A stretch of 64,000 nt of DNA from Eledone cirrhosa (Eukaryota). The notes beneath the pieces were generated by a model. The model ran no database searches and was not told the origin of the DNA. It saw only the letters and a list, made by a program, of their open reading frames with translations. Below are positions 1-11,701 of this stretch, one piece after another; position 1 is the stretch's first letter, and each line of letters begins with the position of its first letter. Position numbers and translations under genes: made by a program. The stretch is taken from positions 10,354,001 to 10,418,000 of the forward strand of contig OZ024752.1 of NCBI GenBank assembly GCA_964016885.1, given 5' to 3'.

Positions 1-68
1 AAGACAAAAGTTATATCGATGAAAATATTTCTTATTAATCCAGTTATCTGATGCATATATATATATAT

Positions 69-260
69 TAATTGTTTCTACTTTAGGCACAAGGCCAGCA
101 AATACCCAGTGCATTACTGGTACTTTTATTTTATCGACCCCGTAAGGATGAAAGGCAAAGTCAACCTCGGCGGGATTTGAACTCAGATCGTAAAGGGACG
201 TAACTATGCTGGAAAGCATGGCGTCTGACCCTCTACCGATACTGCCATTCCACCGCCCTT
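69..260 (-). mobile_element. tRNA-derived SINE, family 1 (full-length short form)
   Basis: Minus strand has A-box-like TGGCAGTATCGG, B-box GAGTTCAAATCC, central GCCTTTCATCCTTACGGGGTCGATAAAAT and tail GCTGGCCTTGTGCCTAAAGTAGAAACAATTA; about 26 copies in the window. Confidence 0.9.
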
Positions 261-391
261 ATATATATATATATATTAATAAAAGGAATTGCAACTTTGT
301 CTGATTTACTCGTTTTATCTACAATCCTTTAAAATTATAATGATATTATAATGAAAAAGTATGGTAGAATATTAAATGTTAAGTGTTAATT

Positions 392-428
392 GAACAAGTA
401 CTTTCATGCTTTCGTAATCTTCAGGTTC
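392..428 (-). ncRNA. minimal hammerhead ribozyme motif (Penelope-type), partly decayed
   Basis: Minus strand: GAAC-CUGAAGA-uuacgaaagcau-GAAA-GUAC-U-U-GUUC; 4-bp stem I, palindromic GUAC loop, imperfect stem II; insert flanked by (TA)n. Confidence 0.55.
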
Positions 429-455
429 TTATTCAGTGTTGACAGTCAAGTTTGC

Positions 456-509
<54 letters not shown>

Positions 510-513
<4 letters not shown>

Positions 514-712
514 AGTTTCAGGATCCCGATATCTGAGCTCCGGCCGTTTCGATATTTAGATGCGAACTGTTCAGATTTACCTATCGAAGAAACGGCCAGA
601 GCTCAGGTGTTGGGTCCTGAATCATTTCATATTACCCATCTCTACTACCCCAAGTATCGTTTCGAGTACTCTGGTGCGTTATGGTGCACCTGGTATCTTA
701 CCACACCCTCTT
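510..712. mobile_element. (TA)n-flanked fold-back insert (arms ~517-550 / 589-622); 3' part shared with 20958-21022
   Basis: TTCAGGATCCCGATATCTGAGCTCCGGCCGTTTC is nearly the reverse complement of GAAACGGCCAGAGCTCAGGTGTTGGGTCCTGAA; ATTACCCA...CACCTGGTATCTT recurs near 20960. Confidence 0.6.
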
Positions 713-720
713 TATATATA

Positions 721-759
721 ATAAATGTGAAGACTAAATCCGAAGAGGGCTCGACAAGG

Positions 760-796
<37 letters not shown>

Positions 797-1075
797 GTAT
801 ATATATATATTATATATATATATTATATATATATTTATTTATATATATATATATATAAACCCGTAGAACAAATATGTATTATAAGAGCAGATTAAAATTT
901 AAGCAAAAAATCGTTGCTTTCACCCTTAACGAGATCTTCTGAAAGTGAGGAAAAATATCTGTAGACGAAGAAGTAAATAACGTTTTTCGAAATAGTTACT
1001 TCTGTTTTCAATTTCAGATGTTCCCGTTCAAGGTCAAAGCAGCGATTCTTTGTTTACACTTTAATCTGTTATTAT

Positions 1076-1080
<5 letters not shown>
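721..1080. mobile_element. (TA)n-associated fold-back repeat family (other copies ~10697-10900, ~29755-29965, ~35665-35815)
   Basis: Arms ~880-944 / 1012-1076; motifs GAAGACTAAA...GGGCTCGA and AATCGCTGCTTTCACCCTTA recur at the listed loci in both orientations. Confidence 0.7.
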
Positions 1081-1109
<29 letters not shown>

Positions 1110-1139
1110 AAAAAGTGTGAAATCATTGGTACAGTTAGG

Positions 1140-1830
1140 TATATTTGAAAAAAAGGAAAAGAATGACTTCACTTGTAGTTTTAAATAATTTGATTTAATT
1201 TTATATTGATTTAATTTATTATGAGTTGGTGGGAAGAATTTTAAAAAATCCTGGTTAACTTTCTTGGAGAACTTTCTCGCATTCGTCGGTGGCGATTGTC
1301 AAACTGAGATTAGGTTGTGTTGTGATGTATGACTATATATAAGAGAGATTTGGATGTGTATGGGGTGTGGGGTCTGGTTTTAATGAGTGTGGGAGTGAAG
1401 TAGTGTAAATGAAGATTTAAAGAAATTAAAGCTTACACACACACACATATACACAAAAAATGGTGAAGGTTGACTGCAAGATAACGGGATAGGAGTGCTG
1501 TTGGGACTTTTTTAATGAGTGTTTAAGAAAGATCTGTAAAAGTCCCCTCCTGCCGGTTCCAAACATCACATGCCGACCCCAGACACATCCAAATCTCTCA
1601 TATATAGAGTCACACATCACAACACAACCTGATCTCGGTTTGACAATCGCCTCCGACGAATGCGAGAAAGTTCTCCAAGAAAGTTCACCAGGATTCTTTA
1701 AAATTCTTCCCACTGAAGTTAACAAAGAACTTACTAGATCTACCAACTCATAATATTATTATATTATAAAATTAAATCAAATTATTTAGAACTACAAGTG
1801 AAGTCATTCGTTTACTTTTTTCAAATATAT
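1140..1830. mobile_element. long inverted repeat (arms ~1140-1365 / 1577-1830), probable inverted Penelope-like terminus
   Basis: Arms are reverse complements with scattered differences; TA-rich tracts on both sides; degenerate core cCGACGA...GAAAGTTAAC. Confidence 0.7.
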
Positions 1831-1882
1831 ATATACAATATATTAACAAATGGAAACAATATTTATAAAACCATATTTATTT

Positions 1883-1938
1883 TATTATACATATTTCAAG
1901 GGCCACCAGGGCAAATTATGGTGCGCTTTCATCAGATA
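1883..1938 (-). ncRNA. type I hammerhead ribozyme motif
   Basis: Minus strand: UAU-CUGAUGA-aagcgcacca...uggug.gcccuu-GAAA-UAUGUA-U-A-AUA; same 3' half as 31880-31946; stem I only 3 bp. Confidence 0.6.
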
Positions 1939-2302
1939 CTTACTCCAATAAGATATTTACTCAAATTTGTTGAGTGCTTTATATCAGTTATAAAAATATT
2001 TTAAAGCTTGTTGTATCCCAACAAATTAAATATAACCTCTGCATATATATATATTTGAGCGACCTTCAATATGTATGTCAACCAATATGTGTGCGTGTTT
2101 GAGGGAATGTTAGTGTGTGTAAAAGAAAGAAAGGGGATGTTGGAAAAAATATAGCAAAATAATGACTGGCGTTCAATTTGCTAGGCTGTTTGAGAGTATA
2201 TCTATGTGTGTGAAAGTATGTGTATGTATGCCTGTGATTGTGTATTTTTGCAAGTGTGTGTGTGGTGTGCGCGTTTATAGATATATATATTCTCATACAT
2301 AA

Positions 2303-2490
2303 TAATTCTTTCTACTTTTGGCACAAGGCCAGCAATTACCCAGTGCATTACTGGTACTTTATTTTATCGACCTCGTAAGGATGAAAGGCAAAGTTAACGT
2401 CGGCGGGATTTGAACTCAGATCATAGAGGGCCGTAACTATGCTACAAAGCATGGCGTCCGACCCTCTACCGATACTGCCATCCACCGCCT
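2303..2490 (-). mobile_element. SINE family 1
   Basis: Same A/B boxes, central domain and tail as 69-260. Confidence 0.9.
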
Positions 2491-2983
2491 CACATAATAA
2501 TGTATGCATATGCACACATATATGTGTACACAAAAAAATTTAGTATATCTAATTAGCACTTTTAAATAGGAATATCAACCGAATACATATCCCCTCATTA
2601 GTATCACTGTAATCAAAACAACAATCAGTTAATTGTGATTCTTTAAAGATCAGTATCACTTGTGTAACGTTCTTTCCACTGTTTTACAACCCACCATGCA
2701 ACATCTTTTGTTTTTGTAAAATGTACTATTAGAATATATACAGCTCATGTATGAACACTTAGTTGTGTCTTTGTAGTCGGCACATGCATGTTAGCTTTGT
2801 TAATTTAATTCATATACTGTTGTACGTGCATGTGCGTGCGTGTATGTGTGTGTAAGTATACATCTATGTATGTATGCGTTTATGTAAGTATGTTAGTGTG
2901 AGTGCATGTCTGTGTTTAAATCGCTATGTAAGCATGTATTGAGGCAGACATGCACACACGCACGCACACACACATAAGTGTGT

Positions 2984-3511
2984 GTGAGAGATAGAGAGAG
3001 AAGAGGGAGAGAAGAAGAGGGAGAGAGAGAGAGGAGAGAGAGAAGAGAGAGAAGAGAGGGCGAGAGAGATAGAGAAGAGAGAGAGAGAGAGATAGAGATA
3101 GAAGAGAGAGAGAGAGATAGAAGAGAGAGAGAGATAGAAGAGATAGAGAGAGAGATAGAAGAGAGAGAGAGAGAGATAGAAGAGATAGAGGAGATAGAGA
3201 GGAGAGAGAGAGAGAAGAGAGTAGAGATAGAAGAGAGAGAGAAGAGAGAAGAGATAGAAGAGAGAGAGAGAAGAGATAGAAGAGAGAGAGAGAAGAGAGA
3301 GAAGAGAGAGGAGAGAGAAGAGAGAGAGGAGAGAGAAGAGAGAGAGGAGAGAATAGAGAGGAGAGATAGAGAGGAGAGAGAGGAGAGAGAGAGGAGAGAG
3401 AGAGAGAGAGAGGAGAGAGAGAGGAGAGAGAGAGAGGGGAGAGAGAGAGAGAAAGAGAGAGAGAGAAAGAGAGAGAGAGAACGAGAGAGAGAGAACGAGA
3501 GAGAGAGAGAA

Positions 3512-3542
<31 letters not shown>

Positions 3543-3910
3543 AAGAGAGAGATAGAAAGAGACAGAGAGAGAAAGAGACAGAGAGAGAAAGAGACAGAGA
3601 GAGAAAGAGACAGAGAGAGAAAGAGACAGAGAGAGAAAGAGAGAAAGAGACAGAGAGAAAGAGAGAGAGAAGGAGACAGAGAAAGAGAAAGAGACAGAGA
3701 GAAAGAGACAGAGAGAAGGAGACAGAGAGAAAGAGAGAAAGAGACAGAGAAAGAGAGAAAGAGACAGAGAGAAAGAGAGAAAGAGAGAGAGAAAGAGAGA
3801 AAGAGACAGAGAGAAAGAGAGAGAGAGAAAGAGAAAGAGAGAAAGAGACAGAGAGAAAGAGACAGAGAGAAAGAGACAGAGAGAAAGAGACCGAGAGAGA
3901 GAGAGAGGGG
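2984..3910 (+). repeat. (GA)-rich polypurine microsatellite/minisatellite tract, ~930 bp
   Basis: Almost pure G/A with GAGAAA/GACAGA sub-units. Confidence 0.95.
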
Positions 3911-3940
3911 GCACGCGCACTGTACTATATTCCTACATAC

Positions 3941-4025
3941 AAAAGTGATTCCATCAGTTAAATCCACAATCGTCTCAGCAAGAAATAACCTCGTAAATAT
4001 CTGCCACATATATCTCTGAAGTAGG
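3941..4025 (-). CDS. candidate internal coding exon of an unidentified host gene (x-LLQRYMWQIFTRLFLAETIVDLTDGITF)
   Basis: Minus strand acceptor ttcttatttcAG, donor GTatgt; 85 bp; only one of three frames is open; non-repetitive sequence. Confidence 0.5.
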
Positions 4026-4310
4026 CTGAAATAAGAACTATTTGCTAGACATCATCACAACAGGAGAATGTTGTGACTTGAGAAATGGAAATAAGCTGGA
4101 AGTTATACCACTATACTTATTCACCTCTAAGTATGTAATGCTTCTTCTGGAAGGTGTCTCGGCTTTCTATAACGTAAGCACGCACGCATAAAGAAACAAT
4201 TACACACACACACAACCATATACACATACATACATACATGTATATACGCACACACATGTATACTTACGTACATATATCATATATATATGCACAGCCAAAC
4301 ATATTTTATA

Positions 4311-4342
<32 letters not shown>

Positions 4343-4349
<7 letters not shown>

Positions 4350-4454
4350 TGAGATTCTACAGGACTAGAACTGTTTCATTCTTTAGAAATCATCAGGAAT
4401 CTGATGATTTGTAAAGAATGAAACAGTTCTAGTCCTGTAGAATCTCATCTATAT
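4343..4454. mobile_element. near-perfect palindrome of two hammerhead-bearing termini beside (TA)n
   Basis: Arms 4343-4396 / 4401-4454 with 4-nt spacer; family copies at ~10983-11080 and ~55150-55492. Confidence 0.8.
4352..4402 (-). ncRNA. type I hammerhead ribozyme motif
   Basis: Minus strand: AGAUUC-CUGAUGA-u.uuc(uaaa)gaa.u-GAAA-CAG(uucuaguc)CUG-U-A-GAAUCU; 6-bp stem I, 4-bp stem III, GUA triplet, weak stem II. Confidence 0.65.
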
Positions 4455-6186
4455 TAAAACTTTTACCGCTGGGTTGAATTGGTCCCTTAGAGGCGGGCGA
4501 GCAATGTGGCAGCGTGCTACTACGTCCGTCTGTGTCAAAAGCATAGCACACTTTTTCTTTGTGCGTTTCCATAAAGCTTATCATCATTCCGTTGGTATAC
4601 ATATATTATAATTTTTCACCCAATAACAACATTCCATTAACTTGAAATCTCGATTACCTTGGGCCATATAAATTATTCTCTTTAATGAGATATTATGTCG
4701 TATTAGTTTCGATTAATGTTTCGCGAAATGCTTTTTTCTGTAGTCGTCACTAAGTTGTGAACTTTAGATCTAAAATAATATTAATCTCTCAATACGGCTT
4801 GCAATTAGTCAATACGTTAAAAACCTCTGCTCCACTGTACCTTATACCTAAGTAAGAGCAGATGCTAATTAATTTGCAAAGCTGTTCCAACAGGATAAGA
4901 CTCACTGTGACACAATTATTATTTCATAAATGAATTCAAATCATACTGGATAAAGTGAAGCAATGGAGATTAACTTCACTTGTAAAATCTTCCAAAAGTA
5001 ACATATAAAGCAGAATCAATAAATGGCGTATTTCTACTGTTTCTCAAATGAAATTATATAGTACAATATAATAATCATCTTTGAACAAAGTAGTTCAAGC
5101 GGCTTTTATCACCCAGAAACATCTTGGAATCTTCCTTCGATGAAATATTTCCATTAGTAGCATATTTTCAAGTTAACTTAATTTCACGAAATGTGTTTTT
5201 AAATATGTATATTACGTATTTATTTTATATTTAAAAGCCATTTCTTCTCATTGACATATATATGTATATCAAATCATTCACCATAATAAAATATAAAATA
5301 CAATACGTTCCGAATTAAAATGATTAAGATACAAAAACAGAAACGTATTCATATTTCATTGATTTGAGGTGACGTTGTTATAACGTGTCAACTTAGACAC
5401 TATATACGTTCATATTGTGTATGTTAGAAGATAAGCTTTTGTGTTTCCTTATTTTTCTTTTAAGATAAATATAATTCCTTTAGCAAAAATGTTAAGAAAC
5501 ATATCTCGCATTGAAATACTTGGCATACATATTATTTAAAGACAATGTTAGCATAGCAATTAACGATACATTTTTCGATAGTGAAGAAAAGAAAAATAGG
5601 AAAGAAATCAACAATTTCAACTGATACAAGCGTAATTTCTCATTACAGAGTCCTCCCCGATTGAGAATGACTGAAAAATGGCATTTAAACGTGTTCCTGT
5701 CGTCAATTATTGAGTCAACTCCTAACCATGCCTCCATTAACTAAATCACAAGATGATTTAAATATTATCTACGTTCTATTTTATTTTTAAGGTTAAATAC
5801 CCAACAGTAATACATTTATTACTGTTCAGATGATTGATCAAACTCACCAGATTTTTTTTTTGTATGCATCTAACAATATTTCCGTATGAAAAATTCCAAT
5901 GAATTCAATTTTGAAAATTGAATAGTGGCTCATCATTACGTTGTACGTATAAACATCAGTAAAAGGAAATGACTATTTTTGTAAATCTAAGAGTATACAT
6001 TTCATGGTCGCATATAATCTGTGCAAAGGCGCGAGTACACACTGACACACAGAGACGTGTTAAGGTGTTGACATTGTAATATATATATCATGGGAGCGTA
6101 ACGCGAAGTTACTGAAGGTTCACCCACCTGAGGTGCTTAGGTTCACTTCAGTATCGAGGTGAAGAGATAGACAGAGTTTAATATAA

Positions 6187-6380
6187 TAATTGTTTCTACT
6201 ATTGGCACAAGGCCAGCAATTATCCCAGCGCATTACTGGTACTTTATTTTATCGACCCCGTAAGTATGACAGGCAAAGTTAACCTCGGCGGGATTTGAAC
6301 TCAGAATGGCAAGGGCCGTAACACGACTATGCGTCAAAGCATGGTGTCCGACCCTCTACCCATACTGCCAACCCACCGCT
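6187..6380 (-). mobile_element. SINE family 1 with ~18-bp TSD
   Basis: Family motifs; flanks AGAGTTTAATATAATAAT / AGAGTGTAATATAATAAT. Confidence 0.9.
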
Positions 6381-6435
6381 AGAGTGTAATATAATAATAC
6401 AAGGACGAATGGTTAAACCCTCATTACGCTTATGA

Positions 6436-6507
6436 GTCCGACGAGATTTTGATTCCACATCGATTGAGATCGAACCTTGAGCTGATCAATAGCGAAACGC
6501 GCGTCAC
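6436..6507 (+). ncRNA. degenerate hammerhead motif (CGCGCG stem III)
   Basis: gu-CCGACGA-gauuuugauu...gaucaauagc-GAAA-CGCGCG-U-C-ac; core U4 mutated to C. Confidence 0.4.
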
Positions 6508-6649
6508 CAACCAATAAATATAATGACTTTAATATTCGACCATGATCTCAGACAACTTCGCACATAACCTTATGTAAGGAACTGTCTGTGATCATGGCAC
6601 TGGGTAATACGCGGAATCGCGTAGCCACTGTCGTCACCGAAATATGTAT

Positions 6650-6780
6650 TACGGCATTATCAAGGACTTTAACATATAAACTACTTTGTATTTCCTTATT
6701 CTAAAAATACTCCGTCATTCCTACCTGGAAAAGTGTACGTTGAGTTCTCGATGTGAATTGCATCAATTTTTACTGTATAT
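6650..6780 (+). repeat. dispersed repeat ending in (TA)n, shared with ~46240-46370
   Basis: GACTTTAACATATAAACTACTT...GAATTGCATCAAT matches the second locus. Confidence 0.6.
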
Positions 6781-6804
6781 ATATAGATCAGAGCAAACAT
6801 CACG

Positions 6805-6975
6805 GACGCTCTATCACAAAATTATTTTTGAAAAGCATTTAGAAATGCGCAACCGGTAAAACTTAAAACCAAAACTGATTACTAACCAATTCAATTACTA
6901 ATTCTCATTTATTCCTAATTAAACTATTTTTCACTGTGAACAATTTGTCAGCATTTTCTATTCCGTTTACCTATG
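6805..6975 (+). repeat. dispersed repeat terminus shared with 40868-41015 (inverted) and 41695-41772
   Basis: ATTCCTAATTAAACTATTTTTCACTG...TTTGTCAGCATTTTCT followed by (TA)n. Confidence 0.65.
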
Positions 6976-7006
<31 letters not shown>

Positions 7007-7786
7007 ACACCTGAAGAGTGGTCACTAATTTGACACTTCTTATTTTGGGGTATGTTAAATTTGGTTCTAGAAACTTTGGGTAACGCTTTTGTTCTGTGTA
7101 TGAAGAAGACGTCCGATTGAATAACGATTTCGTAACTAAAAATAGGTAGTAAATTAACCACTACAATGCTAGTCGGTACAGTGATCCCATCGTTCAATTT
7201 CCCCTCTGAAACGATCGTAAAACAACTATATACCTACGCCTGTCTTCTGTATTTTATTATTCTACGCACAAAAGTATATTTATATGGGGTTTGTATGTGT
7301 ATATGTAAGCAGAAGAAAAGAATGGTGAAAAATAGCTACTATAAAAATGGTGATGTTTTATTGTTTCACCTTTTGTTTCAAATAAAATAGCAAAGAATTA
7401 AATCTGAATTTTATTTGTAGTCCTTGTATCCCGTAGACATACATATATTTTACTTTGGGTAAACTTAGTCACGTAAAATATTAATTTTCCTAAATCGATA
7501 CAGTGGCCATTAATTAAATATTCTGGTTTTGTTCGAGTTTGTCCATATATGTAAAACAGAAAACGACATCTGCTTAGTCTTACAAAACAACCTCAGGTTT
7601 TATGTATTATGATCATATGATAACGTTAGTACATGGAATTTTATTTAACGTTACTATTAAGTTGGCGTGTTTCGAATTTATAATTTTATTGAAATATTAT
7701 TTATCGTTTGATTTTATTCTAAACTTTATATGTTGTAATTTCCATTAGAGATGCAGACGCTTAAATACACTACATTATCAAATTAT

Positions 7787-7970
7787 GGATTGGCAGTATC
7801 GGTAGAGGGTCGAACGTCATGCTTTGACGCATAGAGTTACGGCCCTTGCCATTCTGAGTTCAAATCCCGCCGAGGTTAACTTTGCCTTTCATCCTTACAG
7901 GGTCGATAAAATAAAGTACCAGTAATGCACTGGATAATTGCTGGCATTGTGCCAAAAGTAGAAACAATTA
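7787..7970 (+). mobile_element. SINE family 1 with TSD ATTATCAAATTAT
   Basis: Family motifs on + strand; duplicated flank. Confidence 0.9.
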
Positions 7971-8454
7971 TCAAATTATATGCTTAACATATATATAATG
8001 AATATTCTGAAGGTTTCCGATGCTCCGATAAATACGTCCAATATCAGCAAATATATCACAAGTGTGTTCGATAAAATATTTCTTGTTAGTGGCCATTTAG
8101 GAGTTATGAAACATGTTTTGATTAATATAAAAAAGGTTTAATTATAGGATATTCATAGTGAGGCAGTAGCTTTATACATAAAACATACACACAAAACATA
8201 CACACGCACGCACACATATGTAGAGTTTCTCATTCTGTTTTCTGATGAAGCACTAGCATCCTAAACTTCAAGAATCCTTTGCTACTATATCCAGCGTACA
8301 ACTACAAATATTTCGTCATTGTAACGTGTCATTTGCTCTGATATTTCTGTTTTCGTTTTGCACGTGCGCACACAGACACGCTATATATATATATATATAT
8401 ACATAAAGTTTGTAGTTTACTTGAAGCATCGGATATGGTATTAAAACAAGTCGA

Positions 8455-8806
8455 CGTTTCAAAGCCACGATAGTGGGAGTTTGGACGGAGAATAATTACA
8501 TCGTAAGAAACAGTTTTTTTTTAAAACTTTATTTATATGTCTTGATATCTCGAGAAAAATAACTCTTCTTCCGAGGAAAATAAATGATATATTCCAGTTT
8601 CCGATGCGGCCCCAGTCAGCATGGTATAGCAAGCCACATCAGACACCGGAATTGTTCCTTTATTTTCCTCGGAAGAAGAGCTATTATTCTCGAGATATCA
8701 AGACATAAATAAGGTTAAAAAATAGAAGTTAAAAAATAGAAGTTAAAAAAAAACGATGTAGATATTCTCCGCCCAAACGCACATTGTCGTGGCTTTCAAA
8801 CTTCGA
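8455..8806. mobile_element. (TA)n-flanked fold-back insert (arms ~8455-8610 / 8632-8806)
   Basis: Arms reverse-complementary; decayed core GAAGAAGAG...CTCGAGATATC. Confidence 0.7.
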
Positions 8807-8812
8807 ATTCTT

Positions 8813-8844
<32 letters not shown>

Positions 8845-8915
8845 TATTAGAAAATATTTTTTTTTACAAAATGAAAAAAAAAAAAACGAGATGTCCTACA
8901 CGAGTAAAAGTATAA

Positions 8916-9160
8916 GGAAAAATGATGAAATCCAAAATGCAACTGGAGTCTTTAAAATATTTATTTGGTTCCTTACCGGATTTACAGTTCTTATGCTTTT
9001 CAAAAGTAGAATTGAGATGAAGGGTTTGTGCTTCCTTGCAAAACCCCAAACCGTCCATCTCAATTCTACTTCTAAAAAGCATAAGAACTGTGAACACGGT
9101 AAGGAACCAAATAAATATTTTTAAACAGACTCCAGTTGCATTTTCGATTTCGTTTTTTTT

Positions 9161-9162
<2 letters not shown>
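8916..9162. mobile_element. (TA)n-flanked fold-back insert (arms ~8916-9028 / 9047-9162)
   Basis: Arms reverse-complementary; this explains the mirror-image ORFs 8789..9124 and 8864..9097. Confidence 0.75.
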
Positions 9163-9200
<38 letters not shown>

Positions 9201-9208
<8 letters not shown>

Positions 9209-9875
9209 ATATGAATGTGATGAAACACAGATACCAACACATCTGTATATATATTGCAAAAGAAAATTTAGCCAGATTGAAGTATACTAATTATTATACT
9301 ACAGTTTGTCCATATCGATTTAAAATAATAAATCAACAAAGACGAACTGCATTGCCAAGAGGCTATGATGTTTAGACACATTTAAATTTCAAAATCAAAC
9401 CTGTTCCATAGATAAGTTTAAACTTTAAAATCCAAATATGTTTCGAGTTAAATAAGTGTAGGAATATCATGTCCTGCTCTCCTCAGTAAACATCCAGGGA
9501 CAAATTGATATGCTTCACTTCTAAATAATTTAAAAGACTGCGTGATGCACATGGTTTAACAGTATCTAGCTAGTCTCATAACCGTACTGCTAGAAATAAC
9601 AGTCGTATATATGAGGCGGCTTTCAGCTCAGACTAGGAGCAGTTATTAATAAGGTAATGGATTCTTTTACAATGGAATTAGCTCGAAGGAGGAAAATACC
9701 CACTGAGCCGTGTATAAACTAATATGTATGTGATGAAACACAAATACCAACACATCTGTATATATATTGCAAAAGAAAATTTAGCCAGATTGAAGTATAC
9801 TAATTATTATACTACAGTTTGTCCATATCGATTTAAAATAGTAAATCAACAAAGACGAACTGCATTGCCAAGAGG

Positions 9876-9879
<4 letters not shown>
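9201..9879 (-). mobile_element. partial-tandem element (513-bp period, 166-bp terminal direct repeat) between (TA)n tracts, with hammerhead-like motif at 9431-9490
   Basis: 9201-9366 is nearly identical to 9714-9879; minus strand CUGAGGA-gag...cuc-GAAA-CAUA-U-U. Confidence 0.7.
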
Positions 9880-9922
<43 letters not shown>

Positions 9923-9928
9923 TATATA

Positions 9929-10010
9929 TAAAGGGGTTAGGCTGAAAATGTCTTAGGTTGACTATGAAAGAGTGAAGCTAGAACTGCGACATCTGTCATG
10001 CGTTACTGTA
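9929..10010 (+). mobile_element. mariner-like terminal fragment
   Basis: TAAAGGGGTTAGGCTGAAAATGTCTTAGGTTGACTA resembles the terminus at ~17130-17165. Confidence 0.4.
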
Positions 10011-11530
10011 TATGCATACATATTATTGTTCTATAATATGTATGCATCTGTATGAGTGAATGCATCGAACGAAATATGACGAAGTATTTCGATAATAGAT
10101 ATGTCTAGGGACATATTTTCCCCGATGCCATTGATCAAAACTGATATTTTTTTACATTATGAAGGTATTAAAGTTTGACAATACATATTTTAGAAGTCAT
10201 TCATCACATAATAATGCATTTTTTTTTTTTTTTGCGCTATTCAATACATTCGTGTAAATTCTCTTTAGTATTGGTGATTAATAACTGGATGATATTTTTA
10301 GCATTATGATATCAACAGGAGATCCTAGGCTAAGATTCCATTATTGAAGCAAGTGTCATCTTAAAGTGTACAATGTAAATGGAGCCTTATTTATTTAACA
10401 GATGCAATCTGGTCAAAGCTCTGGTATTTTCTCACGATGAGCTGGACTATGTTTTCCTGAAGGATACATTTTCAAGAAGCATACAGTTCTTAGTTGTGTA
10501 TGTATATGCTGTAAATATTTTACAAATTAAACAAGGTAAATATATATCGTTTCTCAGCAGGACAGGATATGCTTGTCTTGGGAAATATATAGTTAGACAT
10601 AGCTGGCGAGTTTATTTAAACAATCTTCTGTAGTTTATGGAACACAGAAAATCGGCCATTATAAGTGCATATAAATTGTGTTTATAAATAATAAATGCGT
10701 TTGTGAAGACTAAAATCAAAAGAGGGCTCGATAAGGATAACTATATATCAAATATATAAGAACCATAGCGCAAGTATTTATTAAAATAACACATTATAGT
10801 TTTAGCAAAGAATCGCTGCCTTCACCCTTAACGAGATCTTCTGGAAAAAAAAAAAAAAAAAAAAAAAAAATCAATCTGTGTACGCAGAATTAAATATTTC
10901 GAAAAACGCTGCAACGTCGGAAAACGCGGGGGACGACACTTTGGCTCCCAGTGCTGTCTGTCCGTCATACAAATGTTATATACAGGACTAGAACTGTTTC
11001 ATTAAAAAAGAAATCATCAGGGCTTTCTCGATTCCTTTTCAATGAAGCAGTTCTAGTCCCTTAGAAGCCATTTCTATATTCACTTAAACAATGTTTACAT
11101 TATACTAATGTATTGGATATCTCACTGTGGTTACTTCCCATAATGGGCCTGTTATTTTTATCAAAATACATTGTTTCCAATTCCACCCCGCCTGTCCCTT
11201 CAATCTATCTTATTTCTCATGACGGACTTATGTCCCAAACGTTAAGACCCTCTTCCTGCTATTTCAAGCGTTAACCTAATATATTCCTTCCGTATACTGT
11301 ACCGATTATTTTTTTTTCTTCTGTTTATATATATATATATATATATTTGTTTTGTGAGATTCTTGATGCGGAATTGTGTGTTGAAATTAGAGAATCTGTG
11401 AGGAAATAACTCAGAAATGTAATGAAGATACAATTGATAAATTAACCGAGGTATTTATTAGTTAACTATTAATAAATCCGAACTGAAATTCTACTGGCAC
11501 CGCCAATCATTATTAAAACATGGCATGACG

Positions 11531-11701
11531 GGGATTGGCAGAATCGCCATGCCCTGCTGCACAGAGTTACGGCCCTTGCAATTCTGAGTTCAAATCCCGC
11601 CGAGGTTAACTCTGCCGTTCATCCTTACGGCGTCGATAAAATAAAGTACCAGTAATGCACTGGGGTAATTGCTGGCCTTGTGCCAAAAGTAGAAACAATT
11701 A
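11531..11701 (+). mobile_element. SINE family 1
   Basis: Family motifs; flank ATTATTAAAACA duplicated. Confidence 0.85.

Noticed and set aside
2916-3961. Long Ser/Leu- and Glu/Arg-rich ORFs (also 14077-15429, 18018-19574, 51490-52254)
   Set aside because: They are translations of GA/TC microsatellites that lack stop codons, open in several frames at once
7008-7225. Hammerhead from CTGAAGA (~7011) and GAAACGATCGTA (~7208)
   Set aside because: About 190 nt apart and no stem I pairing
1140-9162. Fold-backs as assembly or amplification chimeras
   Set aside because: Arms have diverged from each other, recur as dispersed families and are consistently TA-flanked, which favours real insertions; long reads would settle it
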